From Bacteroidales bacterium (GTDB lineage Bacteria; Bacteroidota; Bacteroidia; Bacteroidales; UBA10428), in the NCBI GenBank assembly GCA_035913795.1, contig JAMIIA010000061.1, forward strand, positions 231-64,230: 64,000 bases of DNA. The letters run 5' to 3'. The translations under genes and the position numbers were made by a program. Positions 28,946 through 37,487 of this stretch are shown piece by piece. The stretch's first letter is position 1. Every line of letters begins with the position of its first letter. The notes beneath the pieces are model-generated. The model searched no databases, was not told where the DNA came from, and worked only from the letters and a program-made list of their open reading frames with translations.

Positions 28946-30853
28946 ATGCAAAGCAAGAGAGCTGTTGGCTTTATCTTGAATTTTGCTTTGCTGTATACAC
29001 ACAGCATTTTTAGCCAGTCGATAGACTTTAAGGTTACTACTCTGCCCTTTTGTTCAGGTATAAACGACGAGTTTGCCGCTGTACTTTATGGCGATACCCT
29101 GGTTTATTGCTCCAATTCTCTTAGTAATTCCAGTATCAAAACCGACGAAGGGAAATTGTTTAATATTCTGGCAGTTTCACCGCGCGATTCAGGTTCTTGG
29201 AAAAGTCCGGCGTTATTTTCCAAAGAGATTACGAGTTTGCTTAACGAGGGGCCGGTAAGCTTTATGCCCGATGGCCAAATGCTCTATTTTTCGCGAAACA
29301 TTCAGATAGAGGGAAATTTTAAGACTATCAACAAGCCCTCAAATACATTGGGAATCTTTTCGGCCAGATTAATTGATGGTGTCTGGAGCGAAATCACCCC
29401 TTTCCCATTCAATAGCAAAGAGTACTCACTCGGAACACCTTCTCTTTCGCCCGATGGAACACGCTTGTATTTTGCCTGCGATAAGCCCGGAGGACTCGGT
29501 GGCACCGATATTTATTATTCAGATTTTCAACACGGACAATGGCAGGAACCAATACACGCAGGCAACCAGATTAATACCACTGGTAACGAGTCCTATCCGT
29601 TTGCAAACGATAAAGGTTTTTTGTTTTTTACCAGCGATGGGATCCCTGGAAACGGCGGCAAGGATATTTTTTATACCAAAGAAACATTCAATGGTTGGCT
29701 GACACCAGTCAATCTGGGAGCAGAAATCAATTCTTCTTTTGATGATTATGCCCTGGTAACAGATCAAAATTTCGAGAAAGGATATTTTTCGAGCAACCGT
29801 AAACGTTCGGCCGACATCTATTCTTTTATTTCAGTCATTCCGCAATTTGGCTATTGCGACACTGTCCGATTTGTTCCGCAGTGCTTTAGCTTTTTCGACG
29901 AACGGTTTACTGACTCATTACACCTCGAGTATTCCTGGAGTTTTGGAATGGGCATTAAAAAATCAGGGTACCGTGTTTCTCATTGTTTCGATAATCCCGG
30001 CAATTATTCGCTCATGCTTACCATCACACACAGGCTCGCCGATAGCATATATAAGACTTATACCTGCTATTCCTTTGCAGTGCCTGCTTCCGAAGAGTTT
30101 TCTATAATCTCACCCGAAAGCACCCTTATGGGTTATGCCACAGAACTTCAAGCTTTGAAAGCGAAAAGGTCGCAAGATAGTTTATCTACTTATTACTGGA
30201 ATTCCGGCAATGGGTATATAAAAGGCGACACAGTTTTTACTGGTAGTTTCAGTTCGGTTGGCACAAAAATGCTTGCCTTGGGCATTGAAGGGCAAAAAGA
30301 TGAATGGGGAAGAATAGCCCGACGATGTATCGTTAAGCCCTTAGAAGTAGAACCTGACTTTTTACAATACGCACAATCTCTGATCGACAAGACTCCCTCA
30401 AAAAATACCATGCCTCTATCTGAACCGAAACAGGGCATTAGTCTCAACTTTCGGATCCTGTCCGAAAGTCTGCCGCTTTATGAAACAACCCTGTTGGAAG
30501 AAAAACTAGAGGGGTATAAATTCATAGAGCCGATTGATTTAATAGAAAGTATAAGCGATAGCGCGCAGCAGATTATTTTGGAACTGGCAGACATTTTTGG
30601 GGCCTATTCTTCCGATAAGTTGTTTATTATTGTGAACAGCAGAAGTAGGACCAATGCAAAACAACAGCAGGACATAGCCGCAACGTTTATTAAAAACCTC
30701 AGTCGGGCTCTTGAGAACAAAGGTTATAATTCGCAAAGACTGGAAATAATATATACTGATCCGAAACGCATTAAGGCGAATGAGAAAGACGGGAAGCAAG
30801 TAGCTGAAGGAGCAGATTTAGAATTTTTTCTTTTACCGGAAAAAATAAAATAG
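28946..30853 (+). CDS. Secreted PD40 (TolB-like) repeat / PKD-like domain protein with weak OmpA-like C-terminus
   Basis: ORF open from 28901 (TTG). The ATG at 28946 gives signal peptide MQSKRAVGFILNFALLYTHSIFSQ. PD40 blades (LSPDGTRLYFACDKPGGLGGTDIYYS and others). PKD-like segment EYSWSFGMG..HCFDNPGNYSLMLTI. The assignment of the C-terminal part is weak. Confidence 0.6.
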   Translation: MQSKRAVGFILNFALLYTHSIFSQSIDFKVTTLPFCSGINDEFAAVLYGDTLVYCSNSLSNSSIKTDEGKLFNILAVSPRDSGSWKSPALFSKEITSLLNEGPVSFMPDGQMLYFSRNIQIEGNFKTINKPSNTLGIFSARLIDGVWSEITPFPFNSKEYSLGTPSLSPDGTRLYFACDKPGGLGGTDIYYSDFQHGQWQEPIHAGNQINTTGNESYPFANDKGFLFFTSDGIPGNGGKDIFYTKETFNGWLTPVNLGAEINSSFDDYALVTDQNFEKGYFSSNRKRSADIYSFISVIPQFGYCDTVRFVPQCFSFFDERFTDSLHLEYSWSFGMGIKKSGYRVSHCFDNPGNYSLMLTITHRLADSIYKTYTCYSFAVPASEEFSIISPESTLMGYATELQALKAKRSQDSLSTYYWNSGNGYIKGDTVFTGSFSSVGTKMLALGIEGQKDEWGRIARRCIVKPLEVEPDFLQYAQSLIDKTPSKNTMPLSEPKQGISLNFRILSESLPLYETTLLEEKLEGYKFIEPIDLIESISDSAQQIILELADIFGAYSSDKLFIIVNSRSRTNAKQQQDIAATFIKNLSRALENKGYNSQRLEIIYTDPKRIKANEKDGKQVAEGADLEFFLLPEKIK

Positions 30854-30867
30854 AAAAGAGTTGTAAA

Positions 30868-31866
30868 ATGATGTTTAACAGAATAAATAGAGTACTTATT
30901 TCCTTTTGCCTGATTTGTGGTTTTCTATTTGCAGGCCTATTGGAGACCTTTGCACAACCGGCACCTGCCCTGGATGAGAATATTCCCTTTTTGGTAACTT
31001 TTGGCGGAAATTCATCAACATCATGGGGCGATGATGATTTCTGCCAGGTGTTTTTTTGCCTCATCCCCGAAAAGGAGACCCGTCCGGTGTATATCAGGGT
31101 GTTTGATCCCGATACTGGCAACGAGCACGATGAAGCAAAAGGACCCTTTGATACAGAGGTAAGATTCTCGGTGTATGGAGGGAAAGGATGCTGGTCGAAT
31201 GATGACGCGAAAGCCATAGACCCCATCGGCAATTATAAATCAGGACGAATGTTGGCGAGTAAAACCTTCGGAAACGAACCTGCTTATAACAACACCTGGT
31301 ATACCTTTGGCCCCTTTAACCCGATGGATGGTGAGTATGTGCCCCAGTTCAAAGGACGTGTGTTGAAAATTATTGCCGAGGGTGTTTCTGGCGACGATGG
31401 TAATTTGTACAACTATTTCCTTAGCACCGATGCGCACCGCAACTTACAGGTAGAGGGAGGCAATCTTTTTACCTACGAATACACTTTCAGGCTGCATAAC
31501 AACAACAAGCAGATATCGCAGATATATCCCTTTATCGATGATAAAACCATTTCTGTTGAAATATCAAACTTCGATTGGGACGAGGATGGTCTTATCAGAC
31601 TGGTGTCGGTAGCCAAGAATGGCGTAATAAGTCAAGTTTCGGGCGAGAACAATTGGAGTAAAAGTGAGTTTCCGATAGTAACACAAGAAAGAAACACTAC
31701 ACTCGAATTACAGTTTATTAAAAAGCAGACTTCGCTAGTGCGCAACAACAATGTAGCCGTTGTGGTAAAAAACCAATATGGCGAGACTTTGCCTTTTTAT
31801 GTCATACCAATTGGGGGTATTCCTGTTTACTCCCCTAAGATACGCATGCAAAATATTGCCCAATAA
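30868..31866 (+). CDS. Secreted hypothetical protein (no family recognised)
   Basis: 332-aa ORF starting 14 nt after the previous gene. Clear signal peptide (LISFCLICGFLFAGLLETFAQ). Acidic, Gly/Asp-rich segments (WGDDDF, FDPDTGNEHDE, SGDDGNLYNYF). Confidence 0.6.
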   Translation: MMFNRINRVLISFCLICGFLFAGLLETFAQPAPALDENIPFLVTFGGNSSTSWGDDDFCQVFFCLIPEKETRPVYIRVFDPDTGNEHDEAKGPFDTEVRFSVYGGKGCWSNDDAKAIDPIGNYKSGRMLASKTFGNEPAYNNTWYTFGPFNPMDGEYVPQFKGRVLKIIAEGVSGDDGNLYNYFLSTDAHRNLQVEGGNLFTYEYTFRLHNNNKQISQIYPFIDDKTISVEISNFDWDEDGLIRLVSVAKNGVISQVSGENNWSKSEFPIVTQERNTTLELQFIKKQTSLVRNNNVAVVVKNQYGETLPFYVIPIGGIPVYSPKIRMQNIAQ

Positions 31867-31896
31867 AAACTAATTTCACCCAACAATCGAAGATTT

Positions 31897-34800
31897 ATGT
31901 TGCGACCTCTATCCTGCATTTTTTTTATGGCATTTCTTCATGCAGGGCTGGTCCTTGGTCAACATTATCAGTACAAACATTTCGATCAGCAGACAGGCCT
32001 GGGCCAGGCATATGTGTACGCACTTACCCAGGACCAGCAGGGGTATTTGTGGATCGGTACGGGTAATGGACTATTTAAATTCAATGGATTTTATTTCGAG
32101 CAATTTACCACAGACGATTCTCTTGCCGATAATTACGTAACCACGCTTCTGCATCAGGACGAAACTCTGTGGTTGGGGCATCAGACAGGTCAAATTACCT
32201 CTATCAGTGGCAACCATATTCGAAAACATAATCTCCCTGGGGCAGAAGAAGCCTTGGTGGTGGGTTTTCAGGCTGCACCGAATGGATCGGTCTGGATTGC
32301 TACGTATGAAAATGGATTATTTTTTCTCGATAAAAAGCAGCAAATCAGATCACTGACAACAGTGGGTGAGGTGCCCAATATCAATTGCTTTGCTATCGAT
32401 TCGGCGGGCTGGGTAATGTTGGGTACCGACCGGGGTTTGTTTCTTGCCCTTCTTCAGACAGACAATAAACTTCTTATTGGCCAATCGGTAAAAGGTATTG
32501 AAGAAGGGAGGGTTGTCGCCATTCAAACCCTTTCTCCAGGAGATTATATGGTTGCTACAGAGGATAAAGGTGTTTTTCGTTTGCTGATTGATGAAGGCAA
32601 ATTAAAGCTACATCGGATTGTTTCCGTCAAATTATTGAACGAATACCTGGTTTCTTATGCCCAGGTTGATAAGCAGAAGAACCTTTGGATTTCTGCCATG
32701 GGAGGAGGGTTGGCACAAGTTCCTGGAGCTTTTTCAAACCACGAATATCAACCTGAATTAAACTGGATTACCGGAAACAAAACGGAGTACATTAAAACAA
32801 TTTTTATCGACCGTGACGAGAGTCTCTGGCTGGGATTATATGGGCAGGGTCTTACGCAATTTCGCATGAACCCTTTTGATCAGAAAAAAATTGAATTTCA
32901 AGGGAACGTACTGAATATAAGAGCAATGGTAACCGAGTTCGATTTTCAATGGCTGGCATCTGACTCACTCTTGTTTCAATACAACAGGAATAATTTTTTT
33001 GTGAAGAAGCAAGCCTCATTCTCTTCACGAATTTCAGCTCTTTGCATGGTGTCGGCAACAGATCTATACATTGGCACCGAGGCCAGTGGCTTATATACGC
33101 TAAACAAGAAAACCAATCAAATTAGGAAAGTAGAACTTGGTCCAGGTCTGTTGGAAAATTCCATCACCGATCTGGCTGTTTTGGACAATACCCTCTATAT
33201 TGGTACACGAAAGGGGCTTGCAAGTAAGCAGATTTCTACTGAGGAGGTTGCCTGGTATACCATTCAGAATGGTAACCTGCCCCACAATGTTGTCAATAGC
33301 ATTTATACCGACAAAAATGGGATATGGGGAGCCACTCAGAGTAATATCCTTGCATATTTTCAATCAGGAGCCCTCCGCCGAAAAATTGAGATACCTTCGG
33401 ACAATGGACGTATTCTTTTAAGTGGAATAGCCATCGATTCTTTGGGGAATATTTGGGTAGGTAGTAATGGACAGGGCATTTTCAGGCTCATGTCCGATTC
33501 GGTATTGAATATTCGTCAAAAGGACGGACTTTTTTCAGATTACTGCTATTCCTTACTTACAGCGGATGACGGCAATATCTGGGTAACCCACCGTGGAGGC
33601 TTAAGTCGTGTCAATCCTTCTAGCTTATTTGTGAGCAAAGTGCAATCGGCGGCTGGACTTTCTGGCCAGGAAGAAATTTTTCCCGGAGCCATACTGAAAG
33701 AAACGAATGGTGAAATATGGATAGGGACCTCCTCCGGATTGATCCATTATAACCCGCTATTGGAACAGCCATCCTCTCAAGCACCCCTATTAAGTTTAGT
33801 TTCGATTAGGGCAAATGGAATTGAGCTGCCTCAGAAGGAGGAGATGAAAATACACTATGGAAATTATAAACTCCGATTCGAGTTTATTGGCATTAGTCTC
33901 AAAGAACCAACAGGAGTAAAGTACCAGTATCGGTTACTGGGTTACGACAGCGAATGGTCGGAAGTAAATTCCGAGGGTTTGGCAGTATTTTCGAATGTGT
34001 CTGCCGGAGAGTATACTTTTCAATTGCTTGCCTCTACTAGCGAAGGCATAGTTACTCCTAAACCTCTTGAAATACAACTTACCATCAGAAAGGCACTCTG
34101 GACCCTTTGGTGGTTCTATCTGCTTGGTTTTTCAATCCTTGCTTTTGGTGCCTTTGTTTATATCGAAAGACGCGAGTTTTATCTAAAGCAGCGTAATAAA
34201 TTGCTTGAAGCCAAAGTGCAGGAACGTACCCTCGAAATTGAACGGCAGGGAGAAATTATCATGAAAAAAAATCTGGATATCACCGATAGCATAAAGTATG
34301 CTCGAACTATCCAATCGGCCATTTTTCCTCCTGAAGATATTCTTGTGGAAGCACTGCATGAGTATTTTCTGATCAATAAACCCAAAGACATTGTCAGCGG
34401 CGATTTTTGCTGGTATACACGAAACAAGGGCAAATATGTAATAGCCCTCACAGACTGCACTGGACATGGTGTACCTGGTTCAATTATGAGCATGCTTGGA
34501 ATTACCCTGCTTAACGAAGTGGTCAATAACCTCGGAAATACCAAGTCGGCTGAAATACTGGAATTGCTTCGCGAAAAGGTGATCTCGGCACTTAACCAGC
34601 ACCGGAGAGACAATCCTTCTTACGATGGCATGAATGTGGGGTTAATTGTAATTGATAAATTGAATCAAACCTTGCAATATTCCGGTGCCTTTCATAACCT
34701 TTATTGTTTTAGGTCTGGTGCCCTTCAGACCTTTAAGGCAGAGCGCACGCCAGTTGGTTTTACGCCTCTTGAAAAGCCACCTTTTTCTGCTAGTACCATT

Positions 34801-35031
34801 CAATACCTAAAAGGGGATATGTTTTACATGTTTTCCGATGGATTTCAGGATCAGTTTGGAGGAACGGAAGATAAAAAATTCTCTAACCGCCGATTATTAA
34901 GGAACTTGAGCGATTTACAGGATAAACCCATTCAATACCAGAAACAATTTCTGGAGCAGACACTTAAAAACTGGATGCAAGACCGGGAACAAACCGACGA
35001 TATTATTCTGCTTGGATTTCGGATGCTATAG
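31897..35031 (+). CDS. Periplasmic double beta-propeller/Y_Y_Y sensor fused to a PP2C (SpoIIE-type) protein phosphatase
   Basis: 1044-aa ORF with signal peptide. About 12 W-[IVL]-G-T-x-x-G-L propeller repeats (YLWIGTGNGLFKF .. EIWIGTSSGLIHY). Y_Y_Y-like KYQYRLLGYDSEWSEV. One TM helix (nt ~34093-34170). PP2C motifs SGDFCWY, DCTGHGVPGS, FSDGFQDQ, DDIILLGF. Confidence 0.8.
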   Translation: MLRPLSCIFFMAFLHAGLVLGQHYQYKHFDQQTGLGQAYVYALTQDQQGYLWIGTGNGLFKFNGFYFEQFTTDDSLADNYVTTLLHQDETLWLGHQTGQITSISGNHIRKHNLPGAEEALVVGFQAAPNGSVWIATYENGLFFLDKKQQIRSLTTVGEVPNINCFAIDSAGWVMLGTDRGLFLALLQTDNKLLIGQSVKGIEEGRVVAIQTLSPGDYMVATEDKGVFRLLIDEGKLKLHRIVSVKLLNEYLVSYAQVDKQKNLWISAMGGGLAQVPGAFSNHEYQPELNWITGNKTEYIKTIFIDRDESLWLGLYGQGLTQFRMNPFDQKKIEFQGNVLNIRAMVTEFDFQWLASDSLLFQYNRNNFFVKKQASFSSRISALCMVSATDLYIGTEASGLYTLNKKTNQIRKVELGPGLLENSITDLAVLDNTLYIGTRKGLASKQISTEEVAWYTIQNGNLPHNVVNSIYTDKNGIWGATQSNILAYFQSGALRRKIEIPSDNGRILLSGIAIDSLGNIWVGSNGQGIFRLMSDSVLNIRQKDGLFSDYCYSLLTADDGNIWVTHRGGLSRVNPSSLFVSKVQSAAGLSGQEEIFPGAILKETNGEIWIGTSSGLIHYNPLLEQPSSQAPLLSLVSIRANGIELPQKEEMKIHYGNYKLRFEFIGISLKEPTGVKYQYRLLGYDSEWSEVNSEGLAVFSNVSAGEYTFQLLASTSEGIVTPKPLEIQLTIRKALWTLWWFYLLGFSILAFGAFVYIERREFYLKQRNKLLEAKVQERTLEIERQGEIIMKKNLDITDSIKYARTIQSAIFPPEDILVEALHEYFLINKPKDIVSGDFCWYTRNKGKYVIALTDCTGHGVPGSIMSMLGITLLNEVVNNLGNTKSAEILELLREKVISALNQHRRDNPSYDGMNVGLIVIDKLNQTLQYSGAFHNLYCFRSGALQTFKAERTPVGFTPLEKPPFSASTIQYLKGDMFYMFSDGFQDQFGGTEDKKFSNRRLLRNLSDLQDKPIQYQKQFLEQTLKNWMQDREQTDDIILLGFRML

Positions 35032-35090
35032 TTCAGCAGCTATTGCTTTTCTGCGAGCTCAATGCTAATTTGTGTTTATTAGTTTTAGTA

Positions 35091-35116
35091 AAACCAGTAT
35101 CTTAGGCTGGTTTTTA
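35091..35116 (+). terminator. Candidate terminator after the sensor-phosphatase gene
   Basis: 7-bp stem AAACCAG/CTGGTTT (35091-35097 pairs with 35107-35113), 9-nt loop, running into TTTTT. It starts 60 nt after the stop codon. Confidence 0.45.
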
Positions 35117-35344
35117 GGCTTATACTTCATTTTCAGAGCAAATACCAAGCAGAAACAGAAGCATTCTGCTACAAAGGTAATCAGGTGATCTTGAAAAAGT
35201 TTTATTGGCTTAAATGGGTAAAGGGGGAGTTTTTCAGCAAATAGTAAAAAGCATACTATTCGATGAATAGAGCATTTTACTTATCTTTTCCAACGACAGT
35301 TTTTAATAAGAACGGATCAATATCAGGATCCAACACGTGTATAG

Positions 35345-36451
35345 ATGAGAATCGCAATTTATTTTCTTTTTTTGGTTTCTTTTTTAATGGCTTGCATGCC
35401 CAAGTCAGATCCTCAATCCAAACCCATTTCCGAATTAAAATATGCGCGGGGATTCTCCATTTCTCATGAAGGAGATGTTACCGTGGTGGAAGTCTATAAT
35501 CCATGGGACAACTACAAGCTCCTATCGCGTTATAAATTAATCAGAAGCGAAGATGCATTAAGCCAAACAAATGATCTTATTCAAGTGCCTGTTGGTCGTA
35601 TAGCCAGTCTTTCTTCGACCTACACCGGCATGCTTTCTATTTTGGATGCACGTGATAAGCTGATAGCCTGTGCCAATGCAAATTGGCTGGTCGATTCAGC
35701 TCTTTATGCACGTTATATAAATGGTGAATTGTTCGATCTTGGAAACGAATTAAATACCGATGCCGAAAATGTTCTGTCTAAAAACCCGGGTGTAGTATTA
35801 AAATACATTTATCAGTCACCCGATCCGATCGACCCAATTCTTTTAAAAGCAGGAGTACCTGTAGTATATATCATTGAATTTATGGAAGACCATCCGCTGG
35901 GCAGGGCCGAGTGGTTAAAGTTGGTTGGTGCATTGCTCGGAAAAGAGGCACTTGCTGATTCGATTTTTCAAGTAATAGAATTGAACTATTTAACTTATAA
36001 GAACCTGGCAGCCAAAGACACCAATATGCCTTTTGTGTTGGATGGCACCATTTATAAAGGAAACTGGTTTGCCGCAGGTGGGAAGAGTTTCGTGGCACAA
36101 CTCATCAGCGATGCCAATGCCGGGTATGCCTGGAGCAATGATTCATCCAGAGGTAGCCTCAATCTGAGTTTCGAGGCAGTGATCCACCGGCAACAAGATG
36201 CAGAATTCTGGATCAATGCCAGTGCAGCTAGTCTGCAAGAAATTGAAACGATAGAACCACGTTGTAAAATCCTCCAATCATTTCAGCAAGGGCAGGTGTA
36301 TCATTACAATAAACGTGTCAATCCGAATGGAGGGCTTGATTATTACGAAACAGGTGTTGTGCGTCCGGATTTGCTTCTGAGGGATTTGTTGATAATTTTG
36401 CACCCCGGTACCATCGACGAAGAAACAGTATATTACAAAAAACTTGAATAG
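35345..36451 (+). CDS. ABC transporter substrate-binding lipoprotein, BtuF/FecB (iron-chelate/corrinoid) type
   Basis: 368-aa ORF. Lipobox LMAC. Class III periplasmic-binding-protein pattern (YARGFSI, PVGRIASLSSTYTGMLSILDA, PDLLL). Confidence 0.8.
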   Translation: MRIAIYFLFLVSFLMACMPKSDPQSKPISELKYARGFSISHEGDVTVVEVYNPWDNYKLLSRYKLIRSEDALSQTNDLIQVPVGRIASLSSTYTGMLSILDARDKLIACANANWLVDSALYARYINGELFDLGNELNTDAENVLSKNPGVVLKYIYQSPDPIDPILLKAGVPVVYIIEFMEDHPLGRAEWLKLVGALLGKEALADSIFQVIELNYLTYKNLAAKDTNMPFVLDGTIYKGNWFAAGGKSFVAQLISDANAGYAWSNDSSRGSLNLSFEAVIHRQQDAEFWINASAASLQEIETIEPRCKILQSFQQGQVYHYNKRVNPNGGLDYYETGVVRPDLLLRDLLIILHPGTIDEETVYYKKLE

Positions 36452-37481
36452 CGCAAAGAGTTTTTCATCACCATCCTGGTTGCTATGGATTTTACCTGTA
36501 GCACTAATAATGGTTTTTTTTGCCGATCTGGCAGTGGCCAGCGCCGAAATATCATTTCGCGATTTTTACCAGACTTTTTTCGGTATTACACACCATCCAA
36601 CCATCGAGTATATTATTTACGAGGTTCGTTTACCAAGAGCCCTTACAGCCATACTGGCAGGTGCTAGTCTGGCACTTTCAGGTCTTTTGTTGCAAACACT
36701 GTTTCACAATCCGCTTGCCGGACCTTACGTTTTGGGTATTAGTTCCGGTGCAGGCTTAGGTGTAGCTGTTTATACACTTACCGCTGCCACTTTTTTTAGT
36801 ATGCAACCCATACTGGCAGCAGGAGGGCAGGTATTAGCAGCCATGATAGGTGCTGCCCTTGTATTTTTAGTGGTATTGAGCTTTTCATGGCGGCTTGCCG
36901 ATACAGTATCGCTACTTATTATTGGTATTATGATTGGAGCTCTTGCCTCCTCCATAGTAGGTATTCTCGAATATTTCGCACCTCCGGAACTGGTGCATCG
37001 TTTTGTAATTTGGTCATTAGGCAGTTTGAGTGCGACCAGTTGGATGCATTTGAAAATAATTATACCTGTATTTTTTATGGCCGTGCTTGCTTCGGTCATA
37101 CTCATTAAGCCACTCGATGCCCTGCTTATGGGCGAAGTGCATGCACGAATAACTGGGGTTAATGTAAGACGAACCCGTTTTATTATGATTGTTATTTCGA
37201 GCGTGTTGGTAGGGGTGCTCACAGCATTTATCGGCCCAATAGCTTTTGTAGGCATGACTGTTCCGCATATGGTGCGTTTGGTTTCCAGAAGAGTCTCTTT
37301 TCGTTATGTACTTCCAGGGGTGTTGCTTGCAGGTCCACTGGTAATGCTTGTTTGTGATATTATTGCGCAGATGCCCGGACGCGCAGCCACCCTGCCCATA
37401 AATGGTGTTACTGCACTTTTTGGTGCTCCTGTAGTAATTTTGCTTATTGTTCGTTCACGTAAACTGAATTCGAGTCTGTAA
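36444..37481 (+). CDS. FecCD/BtuC-family ABC transporter permease
   Basis: 345-aa ORF, strongly hydrophobic with about 9-10 TM helices. FecCD motifs (RLPRALTAILAGASLALSGLLLQTLFHNPLA.PYVLGISSGA, IAFVGMTVPH, GAPVVILL). 8-nt overlap with the binding-protein gene. Confidence 0.9.
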   Translation: MNSAKSFSSPSWLLWILPVALIMVFFADLAVASAEISFRDFYQTFFGITHHPTIEYIIYEVRLPRALTAILAGASLALSGLLLQTLFHNPLAGPYVLGISSGAGLGVAVYTLTAATFFSMQPILAAGGQVLAAMIGAALVFLVVLSFSWRLADTVSLLIIGIMIGALASSIVGILEYFAPPELVHRFVIWSLGSLSATSWMHLKIIIPVFFMAVLASVILIKPLDALLMGEVHARITGVNVRRTRFIMIVISSVLVGVLTAFIGPIAFVGMTVPHMVRLVSRRVSFRYVLPGVLLAGPLVMLVCDIIAQMPGRAATLPINGVTALFGAPVVILLIVRSRKLNSSL

Positions 37482-37487
37482 ATAGCC

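Noticed and set aside
30771-31232. A 153-aa antisense ORF across the junction of the PD40 gene and the unknown secreted-protein gene. Similar antisense ORFs occur at 34179-34613, 36770-37255, 13019-13414 and 60670-61023.
   Set aside because: All lie opposite ORFs with strong coding evidence (signal peptides, family motifs). All have low-complexity or Ser/Pro/Arg-rich translations and lack plausible start contexts. I treat them as non-coding shadows.
35117-35344. A possible cobalamin riboswitch upstream of the BtuF-like importer. AGGTAATCAGGTGATCTTGA resembles the GGGAATCAGGTGAGAATCCTGA core segment.
   Set aside because: The other conserved elements are absent: there is no CCCGCAAC-type segment and no B12-box (..GCCACTG..) anywhere in the 313-nt region. 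The partial match is most likely chance. A covariance-model scan would settle it.
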